From the IMG/VR virus record IMGVR_UViG_3300042898_002828: DNA of 64,000 nt; one strand, given 5' to 3'. The position numbers and the translations under genes are program-made. Each line of letters opens with the position of its first letter. The stretch's first letter is position 1. Below the pieces are notes generated by a model, which ran no database searches, was not told the origin of the DNA, and worked only from the letters and a program-made list of their open reading frames with translations. The DNA comes from an uncultured virus (IMG/VR IMGVR_UViG_3300042898_002828). Lineage: Duplodnaviria > Heunggongvirae > Uroviricota > Caudoviricetes > Crassvirales. Below, in pieces: positions 23,101-31,500 of the stretch.

Positions 23101-23698
23101 ACTTAAATCCAAAGTCTTTAAATTGGTAGTTTAATTGTGGTACGGTAAATTCCTCTTCTTTTCTTACTAAGTCGGGAGTAATAGTAGTTATACGTTTATT
23201 AAACTCTTCATTACTTAAAGTAAATTTAGATTCAACTTTTACTGCGGGTTTATTTGCTCTTGATTTAGGTGCAAGAACTTCCTCTGAATAAATATCGGGT
23301 TCGTAATAAACATATTCCTCTTTAGGTTTTATTTCAGGCTTTTTAACAATAGGTTTATTAGCCTTTGACGTAGGGGCATATTTTACTTCATTCCCACTAA
23401 ATGCTTCGGGAGCATAAGTAAATTGTTCGCCTGTTGGTGTTCCTAAAGATTTGTTGTCATTATTAGCATCTGCCTTAGACTTTGGTTGCACCAAAGAACC
23501 ATCCTTTGAAGGTAATTCCGTAACTTGTTCTTTTTTTTTTATTTCAGGTGCAGCCTCAGATATTACCATATCTTTATACACGGGGAACTTCTCAATCATT
23601 TTATTGGCAAGTTCCGTATCGGACATATCCTTGTATTGAGGATATTTGGTTTTTATCTTTTGCCCAAGTTGTTCTAATGTTAATTTTTCTTCTGGCAT
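11183..23698 (-). CDS. giant polyvalent internal virion (ejection) protein
   Basis: 4171 aa. ART-like ~20310-20740, JAB/RadC VHNHPSG ~18610, PRTase LVDDVATSGST ~17570, coiled coils. Follows the tail/ejection genes. Confidence 0.75.
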   Translation of the reverse strand: MPEEKLTLEQLGQKIKTKYPQYKDMSDTELANKMIEKFPVYKDMVISEAAPEIKKKEQVTELPSKDGSLVQPKSKADANNDNKSLGTPTGEQFTYAPEAFSGNEVKYAPTSKANKPIVKKPEIKPKEEYVYYEPDIYSEEVLAPKSRANKPAVKVESKFTLSNEEFNKRITTITPDLVRKEEEFTVPQLNYQFKDFGFKFEETGLGDAVSVTAPNGKRTTISLGRSADRDLQKFLKDNGGQYDKLAKSITNQENYNKTFVDQKEIEASFLKIQQDQNEFTKSVQDLYKTPKGTQEYNTKLAELQKKQTLIEGSKKDLSSSVGKYVTMKSSQGETSEYLWNQLMDGLTSAASGTAGLMIDAFAPSNMTDSEKKAAKKWIQPILRESLDFAKSESTTKEYAANVGFIEGAVGGLVKSLPAMLAAEAMPLIMAAQISDDLDVQMDSDPNFKNISENEKLFLKVPMMVGGAVLETYGFRNAIGTKGLLNDLVASAIGKSTKSTTTKTFKEFIEQDIESRIAKGAIKIGAGGLAEFETGASQELLDITTKDIYNAAKGKDMFQAPNTFGEGAKQVLKAGLQEAIGGFILSTPSAFSKAKKTNNYSEVTDGQIEVLKNLGNDANVITAIETDLQNKVNLGELTPIEAEEQLNDTRESVGVLNSINTEGMTPEQIKRALPIAKKLRDLKNKTDGKVNQTEADKFAINELKVSLDKITNEVKDQTPVADLIDKKVSFQGEEGVIVKDEGGKLTFETPNKIIELQGDEMANAIALPKIEVKGNNVKIDDELFNILSTNKNDNGDVVSVTLRNKEGQVITNKDADLATEISKQFKNKKDAIQEQTTEESVLRNQQPEMGLQEMGEGDTQETSEQGKTKEIAGSVGVGGDVKAVKTIDNGKVIVEDLTNNLKTKEDKVKALTEKLSSINYANVENNIEEFYSTIAERYFNGEERYKEVVHTVLGEYDIAGPGITKATEQSLKETPKEEVKPFSIDNKTKFYHATPSKIEGKLKVSNAPQFGTGIYLASDKKTVEGEFGDNVMELELNLSNPVYTNTKNWNEVESEAIRLADEEYGKKNNLTLGEDDTYFRYDPENLSEIDEIPSKHISDAAKKLGYDAIVDKGSRTYGDEIVVLDESKIIYPKPIKKQNNETENENGIQKRGTQGNENVPGKVQGQREKGGEDVNVPESKTKEEVKPTELQIKISSLQDKIETIKKGKEGKSQILQKIADTAIFDLQKKLNTLINKQNEAETKAKAKAKKADVLKGKPKSAVVETAAEKVKEKPVTNPRANKGEDVIWKDVNGKRGQGTVISVSKVGNSFEYEIKTKQGAVTTKKHSEIKKKGIGVLANTIKKYSNLDVLTPRTLILRYFATGGKVLYGTKQQDGALSQTGYAAEDLFGFISKNGRTYSQLYENIMDELQLEDFDQGDFNTMVSEILQGGKQSVYDEIKTHLVGEAKDLDDPINWSYNELLEVVGNENFPNREWIIEQIGEQERAIVDELSETELAELDKNIEKYTVNGITDWDAIANDNEVQQLESNKNENTENLLKGAVTKNGDSTPIGQEEKTGQQEIENIKENESNYILTPNKDLPFLSESGNDNYPTKGDLQREEDNSQGYSRSIIGVWNKTKDLQFTGTTKVRNAEDVAHIMRLLENKNVEHGFAVHVDAKGNSHIQYLSVGGTTGTVIDSKLVLAGLAKFKSKKVYLVHNHPSGALVPSKPDISITQTLQSALGKLDIDLEHVIMDTYSNKYVLLDKDADFTVEDRNKDLEDNSNLTVHVFNEQKVISIPQTKVTSSKTAAEFIQQLRFTAMPKNAMLLLSQNNDIIGNYVFKDKITYQECVDFIGKSGIGTSVIFYGNQQRESEAREVSDFLKKMSVNVLDHIITDSNGSDVVGYYRSLGEEGMLEETQTEYGTNSVSEPNVEIIDANAINKVLLHTNIQTLKGHPHYKKAKSGNVKLAYLLSVDLIKPEKLFPLKENPTAIIVPVRAIEQDGVNAIPLAMAKIMSEIFGNKIDLDIYQSNKPKHTGKSKLARMTSPPEFLGKIQKGLKYFLVDDVATSGSTLNNLKNYIEDNGGIVVGSTAIAVGRGGGKIGITDLEVKKINAKFGKSNINTFLKEYGIAESSEKLTSSQANDLLRFGTIDKIRNKLLVEGIGKARERVEPLDSEKQQNKVTESEISSNLAAIIKDTNVTIKKQGVEGKLLNEQEAKDLKKEIISKRAPKGKIIFGQGYLDDNGVFREAQDIRQNVFNYSQPYASKNINGIDVRIVDGLIRKNKDGKKYKTYLLYADGKIVGEFNSVADAKSVVGFIEDNLVKELPISKQKELSEQKIKELAAKIRSKKLSGLGVHLDFGITKTIYNGALEIAAREVEKGSKLGNAINKAIQWVDSKVGKNWNKGLFAKHLNDKYKVTLNGKEVEVEVDNSKPTAELINGFYSPLEDGIVKSKLDKATGRDWLKRLQGETESDELKWTGVADYLTENSDNIITKNNLLDYFKTNRIEIVEVTKIDASEGAFRGWTDVRLENHLINEMGADPEEISDMSRSEMITWANENGDRDYLGTGDTKFVQYQLEGQKENYKEVFVTLPVTEREKTINEKDKKTLADYVNSIRELNEFYANNKRFNDITAEDDLDYVYIQYVDERNDDILKKIAFDDIVEITKSKKAAKEYIEKRSKFIKPIDTIGMSTKANTIGSFSSSHFDEPNILVHLRMNTRTDAQGNKVLFLEEVQSDWGQTGKKEGFATNEKPKEVKVKDLPNLKIEEEDFWDSVSISASEPNSNISRALGRVTNIGKNKYEAVQLTEQGVETKIGEYRTRKEATNAILESKIFEGADKKTISAIPSAPFVMDTNAWTKLGLKVALKEAIKQGADKIAWTTGEQQNDRYDLSKSVKRVDFIKVGEDRYKYEALDLNSKRIAFDDNGTTSLKDIENMFGKDIAEKVKADKKGDLRLEGEGLKVGGKGMKGFYGSPTEGKLGIVGEVARSLTGQSPKTIEINKGKNEKLKAYQYDGTQDVSGMMGRDYLKKGDWIIETPSGFQMSFDTKSKEDALREFRDATEDTGSNVGEYSESTQYSIDITPELKESVESGIPLFKGLTPKEQSKQRIEAAKKAFIEKSKNMSSGGFQALPEFVELIKSYIADGIITAKEFIERFKDELPGVDLNEKLAVTQFDKIYKKATTVVDETTEEVKKTIATSRVYEGNVRAGVKRELEKLGLTRDVENQQEAKERAIEFVNTVGVETALEAVRNNDVSDAAGAYVWNEILERLDRKISKEKDSTKLAELEKEQAGLFNEFSRKALSGGRFSSALADIYQNSDIGYNVENKIQEYRDANNGQISEEVEEKFRELDAQYKEVKQKLAEAEERAIKAEGELAIKNIQEAAARTPKQKVTVSSKIRTETDWIVSRVKEAQLNRPGMFLSATPASLVWDGAVKIVAGTIKVTGRSAEAIAKGLEHIVKSDWYKSLSDSDKKEAEKQFSEFWVNKETIPGIAIKIPNGLIRRLVEEGATTIEEVVEGVKDVIKEEYPDITDREIRDAITQYGKIKNLSKDEILASIRKIKRIGRIVSALEDVNNKKRPLRSGLQRDKLDAQERALNKELRELMKELPIDAELEAKQQKTALDATKQRITNQIEDLQREIDKGMRVPLSKRSMAEDAELTNLKEKRDKLKIKHDEIFKDESFLQAKRLDATKKASQRAINDLRRRLKEKDFTKKEKSPLIKDSELLNLQAEKLRLREEYDKEIYKAKLNNRTKAEKTIDALWNAWGLTRLLRATGEFSFVGIQGLVLSISNPTYALKSFMTAMKFFGSESRTENWLNMIKSQEWYPEMRQSKLSISEPRGEATAREELFLSDAANFVWNILGSALKLKSKSAYDNWKRKSPFKAFERAAVGYLDTMRVLKFLDGREMLHERGIRFENDPQAFKDLADVVNTFTGRASIGPLEQIAPTLTKVFFSPRNWASALKQTILFPRQLYKWRNKSGTPGVSIANKIALLDYSKFIGLTMGLVIAAAMYYNDDDDDETGVETDPTSSDFGKIKIGNTRVDPWGGRIQQIVFLARMIAGSILKGSGEVVKLGTPYRAPTRLGLIGEQATNKLAPSASMIQKFLTTHEKNGVTVDQWGNPYSITEELKKNSYPIYWDTVKDLLQDDPTALDGLLAFYAFFGGGVNVYDKKTKPLSNRPIKELKELKEVQEVKGL

Positions 23699-25182
23699 TA
23701 TCTGATACCCAATGGGTCGTTAACTACTGTTTCTGTATTTGACACTCCGCCTTCTAATTCTAATTGTCCTGACTTATAAAGTCCCTTAATCTTATCTACT
23801 CCTTCTTTGCTTTTCGAGTAATCTACAACGATAGCGTTCATTAAGTCCTCCCTTGTATTTTGACTGAATGGAACTTTAGCGACTGTTATATTTTGTTTCC
23901 CGGTTGCAGTTGTGATAGTTTTATAAAGTTCAACATTACCGCCTCCAATATTTTTAACAGTATACCCAAAACTTCCTAATGCTGCTGGGTCTATTCTTCC
24001 GTCACGCCCGATTGCCTTATTCAGCACCTCTTTTATTTTATTTTTGAAAGGTTCGTAATAGTTCTCTTCGTCTGTGGTTTTCAAACCTGCCTTAAGTGCT
24101 TGTTCTGCATTGGTGTTGGCGTTTTTTCGTGCAATAGAAAGTTGTTCTTGATCTACTGCTGCCGATTGGAATACTTCTTTCTTAATTTTATCCTCAACTT
24201 GTGCTTTGGTTAGTTCAATTAAATAGTCTTTTGCAGTTTTTTTTTGTTTCTCTGAAAACTCGGGTTTAAATGTGCCGTGTGTGTCTATTCTTACTAAAAA
24301 ATTATGTTCAGGATCTAACTTTAATTTTTCTTCTGAGTAAACGGGATTATACGTACCTAAATCCTCTGAAAGAACAGATGATATATTGTAAGGATTAGTA
24401 AGAAATGAATTTACTCCGTCCTCTAACGCTTTTAATGTGTTTGGTTTTTGAAGCGCATCTTCAGTTGTTATTATCTCGCCTTTGGTTCCTATTCCTCCTG
24501 CTTTAATTTCTGTTCTTACGACACCTGCTAATAATTTTGCAACTCCAGCTGTTGCGGCTTTGCTGTCAAAATAATCGTATTTTTGAGCAACACTCTTATA
24601 TAGGTCATTTATGGCCATAACTTTTTTAGTTAATACTCTAATGCCATCCGCATTGGTTTCCATCATCCCTACGCTTATTTGGCCTGTTACAGGGTCTTGT
24701 ATTAGCTTTGAGTCACTAAGTTTTCCGAATCCCTCCAAGTAAGCCATACTTGTCCACTCAAGTGCTTGTGAACGTTTGGCGGGGTCTTGCGATTTCATCC
24801 TTTCCATTTTAACAGAAAACTCTTTTTGGAATAAATTTGCAACATTAAAAGCTTGTGTTGTGCCGCTTTTTGTATTTGCCATATACAAAGTATAATCTTT
24901 TACGGATGATTTTCCTGATTTAAGAAGCTTATTTTGCAATAATAATCCTTGAGTTAAATCATTTGCGGCATTTATAGTCCAGCTATTAACATCCGCATCT
25001 TCTCCTTTTGGGGAGTTTTGTAATATTTCAAGGTTTTTGTTTGTCTCCTCGTCAATTGCGGCTTTTTTCTTTTCGCGTAAATCTACAACCTCATTTAAAG
25101 TTTTAGTTACATCGCTACCTATTTTAGACCAATCTATCTGATTGCCCGCTTCTCGTTCTGCGTATGAATAAAATTCAGCCAT
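23698..25182 (-). CDS. putative internal virion protein
   Basis: Helical protein between ejection-type gene and giant gene. Confidence 0.5.
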   Translation of the reverse strand: MAEFYSYAEREAGNQIDWSKIGSDVTKTLNEVVDLREKKKAAIDEETNKNLEILQNSPKGEDADVNSWTINAANDLTQGLLLQNKLLKSGKSSVKDYTLYMANTKSGTTQAFNVANLFQKEFSVKMERMKSQDPAKRSQALEWTSMAYLEGFGKLSDSKLIQDPVTGQISVGMMETNADGIRVLTKKVMAINDLYKSVAQKYDYFDSKAATAGVAKLLAGVVRTEIKAGGIGTKGEIITTEDALQKPNTLKALEDGVNSFLTNPYNISSVLSEDLGTYNPVYSEEKLKLDPEHNFLVRIDTHGTFKPEFSEKQKKTAKDYLIELTKAQVEDKIKKEVFQSAAVDQEQLSIARKNANTNAEQALKAGLKTTDEENYYEPFKNKIKEVLNKAIGRDGRIDPAALGSFGYTVKNIGGGNVELYKTITTATGKQNITVAKVPFSQNTREDLMNAIVVDYSKSKEGVDKIKGLYKSGQLELEGGVSNTETVVNDPLGIR

Positions 25183-25184
25183 GG

Positions 25185-25952
25185 TTATTGATTTGGTTGC
25201 ATCCAGTTAAACTTAACTAAATTTTGATAATACTCTTTACCTTGTCCCGTTGTTTCACTTGGGGCACCATAAATTTTTAGAGCTTCTTCAAATGGCATTG
25301 GTTTGCCTACTTCATCGTAATATCTTGGAGCTAACCCATTCGCTTGTGCCGCTTTGTTGTAATTTAGATTTGCTTGTGCTAAACTACCTTCTTGAAATTG
25401 TTTTTCATATAATGGTGCTTGTGTTGCTAATTGACCAGCTAAACTTGTTACCCCTGAAAATCCTTGCATAATAGACTGATTTGCTAGTTCTTGATTATTT
25501 GCCGCTGCTAACTGCGCCCCCTGAACAGTACCTAAATCTAAATTAATTTTTTGTTGATTAAGAGCTTTATCTTCGCCTGCAACTAATTTATTCAAATTTA
25601 AAACATCCTGATTCATACTTGCAGCTATCTCGGCTTGGCTTAAATTTTGCATTGCTTGTACTCTCCCTGATACCCCCGCAATGCCTCTTTCGCTCTCTAT
25701 CCCTGCTTGAATAGACTGAGCGCCAGATGACAATAATGCTTCACGTTGCAATTTGTATGGTTCTTTATTTATACCAAGACCTTCATAGAAATTAACATCA
25801 AGTTTTTTTCTTGCCTCTTGCATAGCTTGTTCTGCCTTTGCTTCTGCTTCGCGTTGCATTTTCCTCTGTTGGCTTGCTTGATAAAAAGACATTCCAGCTC
25901 CTGCTGTTGTTGCTGTTATTGATGCTATTGTAGCTGCCGTTCCTAACGCCAT
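25185..25952 (-). CDS. putative ejection/pilot protein
   Basis: Ala/Gly-rich hydrophobic N-terminus followed by Gln-rich helices. Confidence 0.55.
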   Translation of the reverse strand: MALGTAATIASITATTAGAGMSFYQASQQRKMQREAEAKAEQAMQEARKKLDVNFYEGLGINKEPYKLQREALLSSGAQSIQAGIESERGIAGVSGRVQAMQNLSQAEIAASMNQDVLNLNKLVAGEDKALNQQKINLDLGTVQGAQLAAANNQELANQSIMQGFSGVTSLAGQLATQAPLYEKQFQEGSLAQANLNYNKAAQANGLAPRYYDEVGKPMPFEEALKIYGAPSETTGQGKEYYQNLVKFNWMQPNQ

Positions 25953-25955
25953 TTT

Positions 25956-26363
25956 TTATAAATATTTAAAAAGTTCTTGGTTATATGATATTCCTTTTGT
26001 GTATCCAAGTTTCTCGTAAATATCAATTAATTTATTATTTTTTATCAGGGCGTAACTATATTTACATCCTGAGTTTTTTGCTATGCCTGTAAGTGTTGTG
26101 ATAAGTAAATCTATTGCAAGTTTTCTTTCAGGTTTTTTACGATACTCCTTATTTGAGATTATCCAATCAACCCAAGCCACCTTTGAGTTTGTCAAGTAAA
26201 TAAAACCTGCACAAACAGGAGTATCGTCATCGTAAATCATAAGTCCACCTTTGCCGTCATCGGGTAAAAATTCCTTTGACACAGGCTCGAAACTCCATTG
26301 TTTCCACCACTTAGATAAATGTTGGTCATAATCGTTTTCGTTTAATGGAATCACTTTTAACAT
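25956..26363 (-). CDS. GNAT-like acetyltransferase
   Basis: PVCAGFIY, VAWVDWIISNKEYRK, LIDIYEKLGY; usual position before ejection proteins. Confidence 0.65.
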   Translation of the reverse strand: MLKVIPLNENDYDQHLSKWWKQWSFEPVSKEFLPDDGKGGLMIYDDDTPVCAGFIYLTNSKVAWVDWIISNKEYRKKPERKLAIDLLITTLTGIAKNSGCKYSYALIKNNKLIDIYEKLGYTKGISYNQELFKYL

Positions 26364-26385
26364 TTGTTTTACAAAATTAACTATT

Positions 26386-27261
26386 TTAAGGGTAACTTTT
26401 CATTACTTCACTTTCAAGTACAAATAATTCTATTTTACTTGTACTGCTGTTCTCCATCTCTATTAAAGAGTAATGTCCTAGCACCCCGTGACTTTCGGCA
26501 ATTTGATTTTTAATGGATAAAAAATAGTCTGATTGCCCAGGAGGAACACTACCTCCCGTTACCGTTGTGTTAACTTCAATATAGTTATCTCCACTAACAT
26601 AGTTTACGTTTATATCTATAACTTCTCCGCAATAAACAGGGGTAGTATAAGGTGCAACAGCATAGTATAACGAATCGCCTACACTAATAATACTTCCTAT
26701 TGATACGGGAGAATTTCCTATTGCAAAGTTAATGCGTGTTGCTGCCGCTATGCCTGTTACTGATGCGCTTCTGCCTATTCCATTTAATGATCTAAGTGGA
26801 TATTCAGTCACGCTTGCAGGAGTTGCGTTTGGATTTCTAACATAAGCAAAGTATGACGCCTCTTTCTTTTCAAACCATGCACTATCTATATATCCGCCTG
26901 ATTGTAAATCGGTACTTATGTCGGTAATATACCAAGGCGCATCTCCAACTATGCTTATGGTTTTATAAATTTTATTTTCTAGTGGAGATTCGTTGAACAC
27001 AGTAATTAAACTTGATGGTTCAAATGCGTTCTCGGGATGACCTTCTTGTACCCACCAATCATAATAAAATGTATTTCTTGTTTCGTTAGTATTGTGCCTG
27101 TAAAGATTACCTCCTTTAAAAGTATAAAGATAATTATTCATACCTAGTATCCAATCGGGAATAAAGCTATAATAGCTGGGCCACCCTTTTGCGCTCTCTG
27201 AAAATGTTATTGTATTTGACATATTATATACAACGTAAAACTCCTGTAAGTAATCCCACAC
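26386..27261 (-). CDS. tail protein (stabilisation-like)
   Basis: TITFSESAKGWPSYYSFIP motif; probable start MSNTIT ~27222. Confidence 0.55.
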   Translation of the reverse strand: MWDYLQEFYVVYNMSNTITFSESAKGWPSYYSFIPDWILGMNNYLYTFKGGNLYRHNTNETRNTFYYDWWVQEGHPENAFEPSSLITVFNESPLENKIYKTISIVGDAPWYITDISTDLQSGGYIDSAWFEKKEASYFAYVRNPNATPASVTEYPLRSLNGIGRSASVTGIAAATRINFAIGNSPVSIGSIISVGDSLYYAVAPYTTPVYCGEVIDINVNYVSGDNYIEVNTTVTGGSVPPGQSDYFLSIKNQIAESHGVLGHYSLIEMENSSTSKIELFVLESEVMKSYP

Positions 27262-28501
27262 TCGATACGGTAATCGATGTGTTTAATTCATAATATTGAC
27301 CGTCCACAGGAATACCAATATATAAAGATGCAATCTCAACACCTATATAAATAATAACTAACTCCATTTCGCAGCATGAAGGATATAGTGCATCAAAAGT
27401 AAACCCTAACGATATGTCATATATTCCACCATTAACAGCTACTGTTCCTGCTCCAGGGGCTACTGATGTAAATATTGTAGTAACACCAGATGTTGCTGTT
27501 AATGTTAGTGCCGTTATGCTTAAATCACAAGGAGCTCCTATATTGTTAGAACAGTTATATCCCAAGTTGTATAACGGAGGCGATGTACATAAACCAAAAT
27601 CTATTATGACTCCATTTTCTACTTGGTACCAATCGTTTCCTCCTGGCAAAGAAGCAGGAGCATAGTAATATCCATTTGGCAATACGTTTTGTCCGTTTGC
27701 ATCATAGAAAACCCAATCATATAAACCTAATGTAACACCATTCCCATTTACGGGTGCACTATAATATGTAAAACTTTCTGTTAGAGCACACGCAAAATAA
27801 TTTTCTGATGCGTTCCCTTTACTTGTAAATCCTGTTAATGCAGCAGGGCAAGATACGTAAGCCTGAAATGCAGATGATGTGCATGCGCTAACTATTTTAA
27901 GTTCTAATGTAGTTGGTGCAGCTACTGTTTTTGGTATTACCATTACACATTGCCCTGGTCCTGATGCTGTCAATGCTAATTGTCCTAAGTTTATATAAAA
28001 TATTTCAATTTCTCCTGTTGAAATATCAAATGTAGTTCCATTGTATCTATAAACTTGTAACTGATATGGACTTCCAGCTACTAATCCGCAGTCCGATGAT
28101 GTTTCACCAATATAGGTAACTAAACCTTGGGAATTAGCAGATAAATAACCATAGGTAGGCGAACTAAGCTCGTTGTATGCCACATTGTTGTATTTGGCAA
28201 TAACTCCCTTTGGAACCGTATAGGGTGATATATAAACAATAACAGCACCTATACCGGCTGTTAGGTTTATATTCATTATAAAATCTCCTTGACCGCCAGA
28301 GTTGTCTATTGTAACTCCGCAAGGAAAGGCGCATGCCGGGCAGATTTGTTGTGGCAATAACACACAATTTACCAATTCCCTAACAAGGCTATCTTCTTGA
28401 TAGTAACCATTGGGTGCGCAAATGGTTAAACCTTCATCAATGTATACCCCTGTTGCGGTTGCTAAGGTTGGGGCGTTTATGTAATATGTAGCTAAACTCA
28501 T
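27224..28501 (-). CDS. Cys-rich tail-associated protein
   Basis: Beta-rich, many Cys, tail-region context. Confidence 0.5.
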   Translation of the reverse strand: MSLATYYINAPTLATATGVYIDEGLTICAPNGYYQEDSLVRELVNCVLLPQQICPACAFPCGVTIDNSGGQGDFIMNINLTAGIGAVIVYISPYTVPKGVIAKYNNVAYNELSSPTYGYLSANSQGLVTYIGETSSDCGLVAGSPYQLQVYRYNGTTFDISTGEIEIFYINLGQLALTASGPGQCVMVIPKTVAAPTTLELKIVSACTSSAFQAYVSCPAALTGFTSKGNASENYFACALTESFTYYSAPVNGNGVTLGLYDWVFYDANGQNVLPNGYYYAPASLPGGNDWYQVENGVIIDFGLCTSPPLYNLGYNCSNNIGAPCDLSITALTLTATSGVTTIFTSVAPGAGTVAVNGGIYDISLGFTFDALYPSCCEMELVIIYIGVEIASLYIGIPVDGQYYELNTSITVSSVGLLTGVLRCI

Positions 28502-28512
28502 TTTTTAATTAA

Positions 28513-31500
28513 TTAAGAACAATCGTCTGTACACGTAATAAAGTCGATACTAATAACTCCTGACTGTCCGATTGGAGCATCTCCTGAGGTGCAAAACTCA
28601 TATATCCCAGGTGGGAATACAACAGATATTGGAGACCCTCCGCATGGAGTATATCCAATACTTGCCTCTGATATAACTTCTACACGGAATTTAGGACACA
28701 ATCCGTAACATCCATTACATCCACAAGCGTTAACTGATACAATAGTGGCTGTTCCTGTTTCTATTGTTGGAATATAGTTTGTATTTGAGCAAACAAAATA
28801 ACCGTTATAGGGCTCTATTGCCATTACTGTTATTTCCCCAGTATAGCAATCTCTGTAACTTAATGTTGTACTGCTGCTGCTATTTGACACAAAGTATTCA
28901 TTACATGATTCAACACAAGGTGTAGCACAATCACAACACGCATCATCAATATTGGTTGAATAACATAATGAAGCAGACTGAGGTGTTCTATAATCCCAAA
29001 TAAGATACAGATAATCTTTGATTGAATTTAATGTAAATTCAGCATAATTAAATGTTCCGCCACCTTGGTTTGGTGTAGCTTGAAATGATTCTGCAAGTAA
29101 TGCCCGAATATCAGTAGGTGTATTTGCATACAATGTATCTGATGAAAGGTATCTAAATTTATTTTTTGCAGGATTAAAATCAAATGTATCAAAACCAAAC
29201 TTATTGCAAATTAAACTTACAGTTGAATTTATAACAGGAATACTTCCTGAACTTATGTACCCTGTTGTTGCATTATACCTTGAAACTAGCGGGTTATCAA
29301 CGCCCGAACTAAATGTAACCAAATTAGATGTAATAGGAGATATATACGCTCCTTTTAAATACCTATATTCATTGTGAATATAACTCCCAGAATCAGAATC
29401 ATCGGTAACACAAACCTCAACAACAGTCATTAATTGAGCAGCAGGACAAGCAACTGTTATCTCAAGTACAATTGCACCCGTAGCGATAACTTGCATGTCT
29501 ACCGTCTTAACGGTTTGCGAATCTTTATTTATTACAATAGAGCCGTCTGTCACAACTTCATTTGATGTTGTTGTAGTGCCGTTATATATTCCGTTTACAA
29601 TAAACCCAAATGGGTATCCTATTGGCGTTACTTTCCAACTTACAATTACTTCCCCGATAAAACTCCCTACGTTTACACAGAAATTTAACGTTTCATCTTC
29701 TCCGATATTAAACGTTTGGTTTATTCCGCAATTAGTACATATGGTTTCTATGGGTAAAAGTGTATCATTAGAACTTAAAACATATTCATCCATATAAGGG
29801 TCATAACCTCCAATTTTCTGATAATTCAAATTGGCTATAAAGTCATCTCTAAACCAGGTTCTCATTCCTAATTCAGAAACAACTACAAGTTGGTCGTTGC
29901 TATATGAACTTCCTTTTAATTGTATTACCGCACCTCTTTTGGCATCGGTAAAATACCTGTCATATCCCCAATTAGCATAACTTTCAGGATTTGCGCTAAT
30001 ACCATATTTCTCTACTCTTGCTATTTGTGTTCCTAATACTTCAGGAACGGATGTAATTGCACCACCTGCGGACGCATCTGACAATAAATTCTTTCCTGCT
30101 AGCACATACGATATTCTATCCTCTTGTAAAACCAATATATCAGTTTCTCTCCCGTCAAGTAAATATATAGGACCAAATGAATCTTCTAATGGTTTAAAAT
30201 TTACTAACCCTAAATTAAATTCATTTAATTTATTAAGGTTTGACTCATCGTTATAAACGCCACTATATGTAAGGTCGGCAAAGCGATTAGCTTGTTTATA
30301 GTCTTGAGCAGATACAGATGTAACTTTGTTTCCAAGGTTAAATGTATTTCCTCCTATAGAGTCTCTTATTCTATAACTTTCTGCACCATTCCCAAATGTA
30401 TAACAATTGAAAAATTTGGTATCTATTATTGCGGGTGTTCCTGTGTAAAAACTTTGGTCTTGTATGTTCCCCTCATGGTTTCCGTCTATTATTGCAAATG
30501 ATAATTCATTTTCATAAAATATATCAGGTAACGTTTCGATGGGTTGTGTTTCAAATATAAATAGAGAATTTGCTCTAAACACATCAATAGATACCGACAC
30601 TTGAGACCTTCTGTTTTTAGTACTTCCGCAAGCAGCGACACCTTGTATAGCAAGGAACATCTCTCCGTCATACGTAAGTACAAATTGATAATGGTTAGAT
30701 AGGTTGCATGGAGCGTCCACACCATTAAATGATATAATTGGGTTATAATAATTTTCTTTATATGTACCTGTTCCTGTGTTAAGTATACTTTCAATATCAT
30801 CGCCATCCCACCAATCTTTAAAACTGTCATAATTTGAGTTAGATGTTAATGTTCTATCAAGATTATAAACTCGTTTTTCACAACGTGACCCTGAACCTAT
30901 TCTTTCAAAATTAAAATTTAAACGTATTTGACTTCCTTGCGGAATAGTATAATCTTCCCACGTAACACCATCTGGACCACGAACACTTACAGGATAAAAT
31001 ATAGTTGGGCAGTCGCCTGAAAATACTGAATCATCAGATATAGTCCCATAAGATACAACAGCATTTTCTTCAAATACTGTTGCAAAACTATTTGGGTTAA
31101 CTTTTGCATACACTCCAGCAGGTACAGGAATTAAAACAGCTGGATTTATTGGGCTTGGAACATTTATAAAATTTAACTCCTGAACTTTCTTTTCTAAAAT
31201 AGTAGCATAAGCGCAAACGCCAAGAACTCCGCTTGTATCAGCTTTTACTATTAATCTATCTCCCTGTTCTACCTTTTGAGCATTTTCTCCCTCTAAAAGA
31301 AAGTAAACCGAATTAGAATTTGGGTCTTTAAAAAATATTGAACAATAAATCGTTTCATAATTCTCCCTATCTGATTTTATTACAAACTTATATCGTGTTG
31401 CCCATTCAGGAGCAATTTGAGTATACGGAATAGTTACTTCTATTGAGTTTTGTTGTCCTGAGTTACCACAAGGGACAAAAACTGTATTATTTTGACTTAC

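Noticed and set aside
11829..23742. Many + strand ORFs opposite the giant gene (also opposite groEL, scaffold, portal)
   Set aside because: Ser/Leu/Phe-rich antisense shadows of the real - strand genes
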